Below are positions 39,117 to 48,799 of a stretch of 64,000 nucleotides of DNA, piece after piece. Numbering within the stretch: position 1 is the first letter of the stretch; every line of letters starts with the position of its first letter. The notes below the pieces were generated by a model, which was not told the DNA's origin, ran no database searches, and saw only the letters and a program-made list of their open reading frames with translations. The stretch lies in the NCBI GenBank assembly GCA_051294375.1, contig JBJCIZ010000836.1, positions 1 to 64,000 on the forward strand, written 5' to 3'. This DNA is from Paraspadella gotoi. Its lineage: Eukaryota > Animalia > Chaetognatha. Position numbers and translations under genes: made by a program.

Positions 39117-40050
39117 TTATTTACTTTTAATAAAATGGTGAAAACCCGACTGTAAAAAATTTATCACCAAATTCATCGTTACATCGCCTTCTTCCTTTAT
39201 TCTCTGTTGCAGTTTAGCAGTTTTGGTTATTCCCAACGAGATGGTCGAATCTTCATAACCTATGCAACTAGTCCATGGGTTAGTTATTTTTGAAGCAGTT
39301 TTATTTTGTTCCATCTTACTACTAGTATGAATTCCATCATCATTTGTTATCCTCGTTGTCATCATCGTTGTCCAAGTTAACTCCGTGGAACTTAACATTT
39401 TGCCGCTCGTGCTTTTTGTTTTATCAATTTTGGTCGTTTCGTCGGTTCCAGCTGTTTTGTGGTGGTGGGTGGTTCTATCGCCGCTTCCATCGGTCGTCGT
39501 CGTCTCTTCGTCTACTCTCCTACCCGTTGTGTAATCTACTTCCGTCTTTGTCGAGCCACTCGTTGTTTCCATCACCTCCCTCGTATTCCCTCTGGTCGTT
39601 CGCCAATCCCCAGTCGTCTCCACTCGCCCGTGGGTTGTTCGACAATCCCCAGTCGTCTCCACTCGCCCGTGGGTCGTTGCAGTTACCTCCTTGGTCGTCA
39701 TCGTCATTTTGTTTGTCTCGCTCACTTCTTTCGTTTTCATCTCGCTCGTGGTTGAACTTATTTCCGATATCGTTCGATCCGTGCTCCATGGTGGTGTCAT
39801 GATGGAAACCGTCGTCGTCCTAACTATCGTCGTTGACTTTTTCGTCCACCAGAAAGGGGGACGCGTTTTCTTTACCGTTGACCCTTTCGGTTTTACCGTA
39901 AGTATCTTAATGGGTTTTTTTTTATTATTTAAACAATATTTTAATAAAATAAAGTATTACTAACGCGTTTACCTGATCGGGTTCCACCACGCAAAAAATA
40001 TCTTTTAACAGTAAGTAAAAGATTAACGAGGTTGTAAGGACAGTTTTCAT
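39117..40050 (-). CDS. Signal-peptide-bearing Thr-rich (mucin-like) glycoprotein (exons 40050-39973 and 39905 onward)
   Basis: Exon 1 encodes MKTVLTTSLIFYLLLKDIFCVVEPDQ|GTAAAC. It splices in phase 0 at ..ATTAAG| into the frame of ORF 39117..39800, which has a TTHGRVETTGD duplication and many Thr. Confidence 0.65.
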
Positions 40051-40296
40051 TTTTTAGCCGTTATTACAACGTCGATTTTGGATCGAGACTGATTTCTTTA
40101 AAAAGAATCGATAAGGCCAGCGGAACGTAGCCAAAGATTTTTTTGATAATAGAGAGATAGAAGGAAAAAAAATAAAAAATACACACTGTGTAATCACGAA
40201 ACCGAGCCACTTATTCTTGACTTTTGACATTTCAAGTGCTTTCAATATGGGTATAAATAAGACCTTTTTTCTCACCTATTTTACAGACCCAACAGT

Positions 40297-40563
40297 ATGT
40301 CTATGCGTTGTCCAGTCTGTTACGAAGATTTTTCTGCCCAATGGCGCACCATCGTTTGTCGGGAAGGCCACCCAGCCTGTATTTTTTGCTACGAAAAATT
40401 ATTAATTAATGATAAAGATAACGCCGTATGCCCAACTTGTAAGACTAATTTATTTACCCTTTGCCAAGGGTGCAAAGAAAATAAAATTAATCGTACGACG
40501 AGAGACGTTGAACTCGTTCAATTAATTGATGTCATTACTCTAACTGGAGGGCTCTGGGCCTAA
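40297..40563 (+). CDS. C3HC4 RING finger protein (small gene or terminal exon)
   Basis: CPVC-x12-C-REG-H-PA-CIFC-x13-CPTC followed by CxxC. The acceptor TTTTACAG at 40286 precedes it, and AATAAA follows at ~40606. Confidence 0.75.
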   Translation: MSMRCPVCYEDFSAQWRTIVCREGHPACIFCYEKLLINDKDNAVCPTCKTNLFTLCQGCKENKINRTTRDVELVQLIDVITLTGGLWA

Positions 40564-40905
40564 CTGTGTCTCACGTCTGGTAGAAACCGAACGGAATGGG
40601 AGGAGAATAAATGTATTTCACAACTGAGGTCTAAACTCTATCTGAAAAATAATAAAATGTCCGAAAAAAGGGAGAGAGAAAGAGGCGGAGAGAGAGAGAG
40701 AGAAGATGGACTGAACCTAAAACTTGAACGCGACCCCGAATCCCTGTGAGGAGGATGAGGAGGGAGGAGGAAAAGAGAGAGAAGAGGAGCTAGAGACCCG
40801 CGTAGTCTATTGGCCTTCGATTCTGGGCTCCTTGTTTGCGTCAAGATGGCGTCTCGGGCCTTGAATGGCGTGAGACGTCATCGTGCTGGTGCGTAGTGAG
40901 AATGC

Positions 40906-41064
40906 CTAACCGTGCTGAAAGTGTGAGTGGTGGAGAGAGGGGAGAGTGAGAGAGGGTGTCCGGGAGAGGGAGGGGGGAACAATGGTAGATTGAAAAAAAA
41001 AATATATGCATATAACAGTAACGCTAACAATAGTAGTAATAGAAGCAAGATAACAAATTTTCAT
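40906..41064 (-). CDS. Possible small membrane or secreted protein
   Basis: MKICYLASITTIVSVTVICIYFFF hydrophobic segment followed by a Pro/Ser-rich tail. It is co-oriented with the env-like gene. Support is weak. Confidence 0.25.
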   Translation of the reverse strand: MKICYLASITTIVSVTVICIYFFFQSTIVPPSLSRTPSLTLPSLHHSHFQHG

Positions 41065-41323
41065 TGCAGGTGGCGATGATGTGATAGGGTGATTAGAGTT
41101 AATTGTTTGTTTATATTGATGATGTTGCAGAGATGACAAAATTGTATAAGCAGTACAAAACTAACAGACAAAAGGACATATAAGACAAAGGACAAAAAGA
41201 CAAAGAGCTACTTGGCGATGATATTGTCATGCAATTAGTTGAGTTGGGTTGTTACTTTTTTTTCTTTTATTGATTTTTTTGCGAGCCGCTTTAGCGTCCT
41301 CATTTTCTTCTAACTACGAAACT

Positions 41324-41461
41324 CGGCGTCACCGGAAATGGAGGATTGGCGTCACCAGAAGTGGGCGTTGCCGAGAATTGGCGTCACCGGAAGTGGGGGT
41401 TGGCGTCACCGGAAGTGGGCGTTGCCGGGAGTTGGCGTCACCGGAAGTGGGGGTTGGCGTT
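41324..41461 (+). repeat. Five copies of (TT)GGCGTCACCGGAAGTGG with alternating spacers
   Basis: Directly visible. The core contains CGTCA and CCGGAAGT. Confidence 0.85.
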
Positions 41462-41769
41462 CAGAAGGGGTGGCGGCGCGGGAAGGCGACGATCGCCCTC
41501 TCGTCGTGGTTGGGCGGTTCCCTGAGGCCCAAAGCTCTTCTCGGCGGTCCTCTTTGGTCGATCGCCGCCACGATGGATTCCAACTCTTCTAGGCGGGTTA
41601 GAATCGCGTTCAGCGATTCCAAGTTGTTCCCGACGATTTCTTCCAGGTCTTGGGTTTGGAGTGGGGGATTTGGAGCGGGGTCTTCATAGCAAGGGGATTT
41701 TTTGCTAAGTTTCGCTTCTTTCAGGTAATTTTCATAGTCAACTAGTATTTTGAAAATACTAATACGCAA
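41461..41769 (-). CDS. Coiled-coil ORF, probably the frameshifted cytoplasmic tail of the env-like glycoprotein
   Basis: It overlaps the env-like stop by 11 nt and lacks an ATG. It contains the heptad-like segment LEEIVGNNLESLNAILTRLEELESIVAAI. Confidence 0.45.
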   Translation of the reverse strand: MRISIFKILVDYENYLKEAKLSKKSPCYEDPAPNPPLQTQDLEEIVGNNLESLNAILTRLEELESIVAAIDQRGPPRRALGLREPPNHDERAIVAFPRRHPF

Positions 41770-42562
41770 GGAATTTTATTGGCAATATGCCGCGGTTCAG
41801 CGCGAGCGATACAACCACTACTGCGATGATCGCATAGGCGGACAGGTAAGCGATAGTTAGTTTTGGCCATAGATAGCGAATTTGGAGAGTGAGCCCATGG
41901 AGTGAGCTGTCACTCTCATATTCTTCCATCTCAATCAGTTTATTGATGGATTTTGAGTTAAAGAGGCCGCTAATATCGTCCTGAAAACCGCCTTTAAAGA
42001 GGCCTTTTGTGATGGATTGCATGGTGAGCTCCATGAGAACTCCCATGTCTATGTGCTCTGCCGCTTTTCTGGCATATTGCCCGATTCTTTCATCTTTCTC
42101 ATCACATCTCATCTCTGGGCTATTGGTAAGTAGCAGAGACGTTGCATTGTGCAAGAATCTTGTCTCGCCATTGGGCATTTCCACTTTTTGCACAGTGTGG
42201 CATGCCTCTTTTTCACGTATGGGCCTTACCCATGTTTCATGGCACCTGATAAGCATGGCTCGGTCGTCAACGACGACGGCGACAAGGCCTCGGTCGGCTT
42301 TTGCATCTACTTCATTTAAGGATACGAAGCCGTACTTTGAGAGCAGGGTATAAACCCAATCTCCATGCCATATTGTCTGGAAGGTGTAACTAAGCACTTC
42401 GAACTGGGCTTGTTGTGGGTACTTTGTCACAACCTTGCCAAGAGGCTTTGTGTGGAGGATGCTCGTGCGGGGGTCATAGCAATCGAATCCTGTGAGGGTC
42501 TCGATGCGGGAAGGGAGGAGGGAGGTGAGGAGGAGAAGGTGTAAGAGGTGAGCAGGGGTCAT
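41759..42562 (-). CDS. Env-like type I membrane glycoprotein resembling chuvirus/Bel-Pao-associated (class III, gB-like) glycoproteins, internally shortened
   Basis: Signal peptide MTPAHLLHLLLLTSLLP, then LTGFDC, then the block AVVVDDRAMLIRC-x13-CHTVQKV..RFL..TSLLL..C. A membrane-proximal segment ISGLFNSKSINKL and a C-terminal TM follow. The ORF is intronless with TATAAAT ~65 bp upstream. Homology was recognised by eye. Confidence 0.6.
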   Translation of the reverse strand: MTPAHLLHLLLLTSLLPSRIETLTGFDCYDPRTSILHTKPLGKVVTKYPQQAQFEVLSYTFQTIWHGDWVYTLLSKYGFVSLNEVDAKADRGLVAVVVDDRAMLIRCHETWVRPIREKEACHTVQKVEMPNGETRFLHNATSLLLTNSPEMRCDEKDERIGQYARKAAEHIDMGVLMELTMQSITKGLFKGGFQDDISGLFNSKSINKLIEMEEYESDSSLHGLTLQIRYLWPKLTIAYLSAYAIIAVVVVSLALNRGILPIKFLAY

Positions 42563-42734
42563 TTTACTGATCCCTCTTTTGTTTGTTTTGCTTCTCACCC
42601 TTATTTTCATACCTCGAAACATATTTATATTTCTTTATTCTAGACGCGTTATGATTTGTTTACTGGGTTTTTTTTATATTTTTTTTTTTTATTATTTTTT
42701 TTTTATTTCAGTGGATATTGCCGGGAGGTTGGTA

Positions 42735-44582
42735 TTAAGGTTTACTGATAAAAAAAAATTGCCCGCTTTTTTAGTTGCCTCTTGAAGCTGAACCTTAATC
42801 AAATTTAGAGTTTGTTTTTTTTGAAACGTGAAGGGAATACACTTTCTTTGACATAATAATAAATTGTTACAAAGCTTTATGCAATTCTTGTTTGAATGAT
42901 CCAGGCCTTAAACAAGAAATATAATTACTGCTTTTAAAAATTCTTACGTTTTCTAAGTGAAAATATAAAAAAACTGATAAAATCATCGAAAGATGATGAT
43001 GATGATGATTTTTTATAGTTTTTCTTATTTTTTTGACACACTTATCGTAAAAATATTTTAAAAGAATCATACTTTGTGTAGACAACTTTTTTATGAGCTA
43101 TCTGAATCTGGTCTTAAAATTTAAAAATTCCAAAAAAAATTTTTTGGCCTTTCCTATCTATAAATAAATATTAAAAAATTAATTACTCGGGTATATAGCC
43201 ATATTAGAAATTTTTTGTCCATTGAAAGTATTCTTAAAAATGTCTAAATATTCGTTTGAGCATGTACTCACTCTAAATTTTTGACTCACCCCATTGAGTG
43301 CGGCTACCCCTACCCCAGTCGCCCTTCCCCCTTGAGACTCCGCTGCGATCATTCGTAGTTACACTCCTTTTGGAGTGGGAAGAGCGGCGACTTGAGAAGA
43401 AGAAAAATAGGATCCCTCGATCTCTTCCGTAAAACTAAACCTGTTCCTATGACAACCGATAAACATGATGACTGAAGAAAACGCCATTTGAAATTCGTTG
43501 CCTCGCGACGTGTAAACATTTAGATAAAAATATACTTTTTTTGATTAACAATGAAAACAAACAATTAACTAGGTGTTGTTTGTTTATTCAACTATATATA
43601 TCCCTGTTTACCCTCTCTCAGGGACGATAAATGTCTAAAACTATGTGAAGCTCTAACTAATAAACTATTGTAAATAAACGTCGGCTTAAGCCTACNNNNN
43701 NNNNNNNNNNNNNNNNNNNNTATATAGTTGGAATAAACAAACAACACCTAGTTAATTGTTTGTTTTCATTGTTAATCAAAAAAAAGTATATTTTTATCTA
43801 AATGTTTACACGTCGCGAGGCAACGAATTTCAAATGGCGTTTTCAGTCATCATGTTTATCGGTTGTCATAGGAACAGGTTTAGTTTTACGGAAGAGATCG
43901 AGGGATCCTATTTTTCTTCTTCTTCTCAAGTCGCCGCTCTTCCCACTCCAAAAGGAGTGTAACTACGAATGATCGCAGCGGAGTCTCAAGGGGGAAGGGC
44001 GACTGGGGTAGGGGTAGCCGCACTCAATGGGGTGAGTCAAAAATTTAGAGTGAGTACATGCTCAAACGAATATTTAGACATTTTTAAGAATTACTTTCAA
44101 TGGACAAAAAATTTCTAATATGGCTATATACCCGAGTAATTAATTTTTTAATAATTTATTTATAGATAGGAAAGGCAAAAAATTTTTTTTGGAATTTTTA
44201 AATTTTAAGACCAGATTCAGATAGCTCATAAAAAGTTGTCTACACAAAGTATGATTCTTTTTAAAATATTTTTAGATAAGTGTGTCAAAAATAAGAAAAA
44301 CTATAAAAAATCATCATCATCATCATCTTTCGATGATTTTATCAGTTTTTTTATATTTTCACTTAGAAAACGTAAGAATTTTTAAAAGCAGTAATTATAT
44401 TTCTTGTTTAAGGCCTGGATCATTCAAAACAAGAATTGCATAAAGCTTTGTACAATTTATTATTATGTCAAAGAAAGTGTATTCCCTTCACGTTTCAAAA
44501 AAAACAAACTCTAAATTTGATTAAGGTTCAGCTTCAAGAGGCAACTAAAAAGCGGGCAATTTTTTTTATCAGTAAACCTTAA
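42735..44582. repeat. ~865-bp inverted duplication around a 25-N gap
   Basis: 42735-43600 is the near-perfect reverse complement of 43721-44582. The gap is at 43696-43720. Confidence 0.9.
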
Positions 44583-45677
44583 AAATTTCATCCAACACAG
44601 TAAAGTCATTTTTAAACGCAAATTTTTAATTTTTTTTTTCAAATTAACAGCACCTACCTCAGTGTAATACTAACAACTAAAACCAAGTCATTCCATTTAT
44701 GTTATAGAATCAATTAATGATAAAACATAAACATTTATGTAGAGAGAGAGCAGAACGCTTATATAAGGATGTCTATTATCATTTTATACAAAAAAGAATG
44801 ATTAAAAATTTTAAAATTGTAAAATTCAAAGACATTCGTCCCCTGGCATCTGAAGTTGGGTCCACTTTGATAACAACCCTCAATGTGTGCCATAGACTGC
44901 CACAGATTCCACAGACGGACCAGCCTCATTCTCTGCTTTTGACATTTAGTTTCTGTTCCCCAGGTTCAAAAACTGGTTCAAAAAAAAGACTGAGAAAAAA
45001 ATAAATAAACACTTTGCAGCATTCCTCCTTGTGCTTTCCCAGCCACAGCCATTTGTTAATTTAAAAAAAAATTGTACAAAAATTTGGATAAAACTTTAAA
45101 GATTGGTAAAGCAATCATTTAAACTAGAAATGAAAATAGATTTCGGAAAAGTGTAACGATTTTAAAGTTCTTTGCTCGACTTTCAGTTCTGTAAAATCTA
45201 CAGAAAAAAAAAAAAAAAATAAAAAATAAACAAAAAGAGTTGGAGCTAAAAACCGTTTGAAATAAAAATAAACTAAAATTATTTTTTTATAAGTATGGAA
45301 AGGTGGGAGAAATTCTATGAGAGGGATTTTGGAAAATGTTACTAGTTTTCAAGATATTTAGAATTTTAATGCCAAAATTTTCTTATTCTTTTTTTTTCCT
45401 ATGAAGATAAGTGAATTTAAAAAATCCCTTTCATAGAATGGGACCTTGTCCTCAAGTAAATTTATGTAAAATTTCATGAAAATCCCCTTAGCCGTTTGGG
45501 CTGCAACTCTTCCGAATGGTTTCTTTTATTTAATATAGTATTATAAAATTCGAAAAAACAGCAATGGATTCGAAGAGAAGATAAAGTGAATACATTTTCA
45601 GATCAACTGGACCTCTACTTTTCGAATACAAGCTTTATTTAATCCTAATTATAACTTTTGGCCAGTGATCCCAGGCC
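44412..45677 (+). mobile_element. Second copy of the TTAA (Kolobok-like) non-autonomous element
   Basis: TTAA|GGCCTGGATC ... GATCCCAGGCC|TTAA, collinear with 10279-11539. Confidence 0.8.
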
Positions 45678-46081
45678 TTAACTTTTTATGCTCTATCAGA
45701 ATCCATCAAAAAAATTTTAAGATTTAAAAAAAATATTTTTAGCTCTATATAGTAATATAATATTTTTAATTAGGCGAGTACCCTCAGAAGAAAGCATTTT
45801 TTGACAAAAAATATTTTTAATACCATAATCTATGGTCATGATAGATTATTTTAAAGCTGTATACATTAGCATTTAAATTTCATCGGCTATGGGGGAAGAG
45901 GATTTGCTCTTCTCCCTCGTGTTTACTTGCATGTATTCACTACTTTTACGGCGGTCTTGGGGGGGGGTAAAGCGTTTTGGTCTTCCATCGCTTTTTCGCC
46001 TTTTCACAACCGCTCTTGGTCTTGCCAACGGAAGACAAAAAAAATTTTTTTTTAGTCAAACTGATAAAGGAAACCGGAGAC

Positions 46082-47987
46082 ATGCCCTGCAGCTCTCGGT
46101 CGCAGGGAGACGGGCGCTGCCCGTGTGGCGCCGGCGCCATGCCTTACGGCGTCGTTTCTCTCGTTGGTCTGCTCTCCTTCCTGGAGAGCCTCCGGCCGTC
46201 CGCCGAGTTGCTCGGCCGGATAACGGACGCGGGTCCGCCCTATCTGCCTCGCGGCGTCTGGGCCCTTATCCGGTCGGCGACCCTGGCGTCGCAATCCGTA
46301 TCGGGCCTCGCCTACCCGGCCTTGTGCCGGATGGTGCAGGCCCTGATTTCCAGGTGTGGGATCGTTTTAATATTTCCTTTATCTCCTTCTTTCCTCCTTT
46401 TATTTCTCTCAAGCTTTTATTGTTATCAGTTTCATTTGTTTATTTTGATTTTAATTATCACTATCTTTTTGCTTAAGTTCGAAAATTTTTTTATTTTTGT
46501 TTGTTTTCGCCTTTTCTTTTTTTTTTCTAACGAAAAAAATTCTTTCTTTTAGCACCATGGAGTCCGTCGGCGGCTCCACTTATACTGGGCCCGCCTCGGC
46601 GGTCTCGGACGGAACGGGGGCGGCGGGAGACCTGCGCTACTACCGGATTGTTAATCCTGGCGAGCAGGTCCTCGTCGTCGCCGGGGACGGCGCCGCCGAG
46701 ATTGTCGCTGAGGCAGTCGTCGGGGCGGCTACGCCTTCCCGGATCTACGTCGGCGACCTGCCCGCACCCGGTACCATGCGGGCAGGCGACGGGCGCCAAC
46801 CTCTTCAACGTCCAGTGTAAGTAAGGTGGCGATTATTATTTACTGTTTTCTCAAGTTTTATATATTTTTTTGGAAATTTACTATATGTATTTTACATTTG
46901 CATAGTTATTTTCTTATGTTTTTTTTTGGTTTATTTCAAATTTATTTTCGAATTCACTTATTTCTTTCTTTCGAATTTAACTTTTGTTCTAAATGCGGGA
47001 TAATTCTGGGAGGTCTAATGTTTAGTTGTTACGGACGTCCAACATTTAAGAGAAAAAAAAATATTTGTTTACAGCTCCCAAGTTTGGCCCGAAGTCGGGT
47101 TCGAGGATATTTCGCCGGCCGAGGACGACGAGGATGATGACGAGGTCGAGGTGGAGGGGGCTACGGCGGGCGGCAGCGGGGCCAACGGCGTCGGCGGCCC
47201 TTTACTCTCCGCCCAACCCTCTCAGACTTATCAACCGACGCCGCGCTCGGCGTTGATGCAGGCGGCCCCATCAACGTCGGCGTCTACACCCACGAGTGCC
47301 TCGACGGACCTAACGGGGAACTTCGGGCTCCCGGAAACGCCGCTGCAGGACGAGGGACCCTCTAGGCGTCCGCCCCTTGAGGACTTCCTGTTCAGCCTCT
47401 CCGGGAGCCAGGGGTACGACCCCGAGTCAAATTTCGCGCTGCCCGGCCGCGACGTTCTCAACTTGACCATGACCACTGTCACGATGACGACGACTCTGAC
47501 AACGACGACGGCCCTGACCACGACGACGGCGTCGGCCGTCGTTGCGCCAAGCCAGGCCGAGTCCACGGGCAGCACTTTTCGCGCCTCGGCAACGGCGTAC
47601 GGCTTCCCGGCGGCCAAGTCCAGCCGCGGGAAGAAACGGCGCCGCCCCGGGAGGCGCGGCTCTTGTGCCCCCAACACTCCACAGCCGTGGAGTGGGCATC
47701 ACCATCATGCGCCGTGGGGGCAGGGTCACGGCCGTGGTCAGCCGGAAGGGCAGCAACATGCGCCGCCCTACGGCTATAACGGCGCCCAGATGGCGGCCAC
47801 GGCCGTCTCCAATTGGCGTCCATGCGCCGACGCCCACCTCTACTCCACCCCATGCCGCATCGCTGGGGACGTCAATAACCCAACGTGCGTGCACCGCCTC
47901 GGTGGAGGTGGGGCGCGCAGTCGCGGCAATGGCGGTCACGGCGGGTCGGGTTGGCCGCGCGGGGAGGGCCGCGGCCCCCTCTCTTAA
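46082..47987 (+). CDS. Three-exon orphan gene, ~482 aa, with acidic tract, Thr run, NLS-like motif, Cys/His cluster and Gly/Arg tail (exons 46082-46353, 46553-46816, 47075-47987)
   Basis: GT-AG introns (CAG|GTGTGG..CTTTTAG; GT|GTAAGT..TTTACAG), both phase 2, join ORFs 45977, 46497 and 47151 into one frame. Exons are GC-rich and introns T-rich. Confidence 0.75.
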
Positions 47988-48501
47988 ATGTATATGTATG
48001 TGTATAGCATTGTTAGCTTTTAGTTTATCTTATTCCCTTTTTCTCTTTTTTGTTTAGACTTAGCTATTGCTTGACACTGTTATTTTTTTTGTTTATTGTT
48101 ATCGAATATTGATTTTGACTGTTTTTTTTTTTGATTATGCCTGTTTGCTGTGTTTACTAATTTTTCATGTTTACTGCCATAATAAATATTGACGTAGAAG
48201 TTTTTATTGAAAAAAAGGTGGAAATTATTATCTTCTTCTAGCATTTTGTTTAGTCTCGACATCTTAAAGAGTTAGCTCGATTTAGTGACGAGAGAAAAGG
48301 AGACGAGAGTGTTTATAAATGTACTTAATTGTTTGGTCGCCGAATCTTTTCAGCTTCAAGGCGACAAACAGAAAGGGAAAGGAAAAAAAAAGGCGAAAGT
48401 CGGTCTGTCCTCATGTTATTTTTTTTTTCGACGGCTGAGTTAAATTTCGGAACGGGAGAGAACCGAAAGCGGATAATATTTTTTGTAAAATCGGGTGACG
48501 T

Positions 48502-48736
48502 TGTGGACGCAACAAAGTTTCAGAGTAAGAATGATTTATTCTTCAACAACGTTATAAACAATAACAGTCAAAATGCTCAGATGCTAAGTCTTATTACAAT
48601 GGTATTTACAAAGGTCAACGTTTGACCATAAAGGTCAACGTTTTGACCATAAGTAAGTTGGGGGAATTGCAGCGAGATAAGTTTGGTAAGGTCATGTGGT
48701 TTGACGAGGGTTGCGTGTTCTTGATGTTCGTCCACA
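48502..48736 (-). repeat. 3' LTR
   Basis: TGTGGACG...CGTCCACA 8-bp terminal inverted repeat. Confidence 0.9.
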
Positions 48737-48799
48737 CATCCCCCCAAGCCTTTGACCGGGTGGGGAGAAGGCTTGAGAGTATTGAATTGCATCGTCTTT

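Noticed and set aside
39520-39789. Asp/Asn-rich ORF with an NPRASGDDWGL repeat as the real frame
   Set aside because: The signal-peptide exon splices into the Thr-rich frame instead, and this frame closes early.
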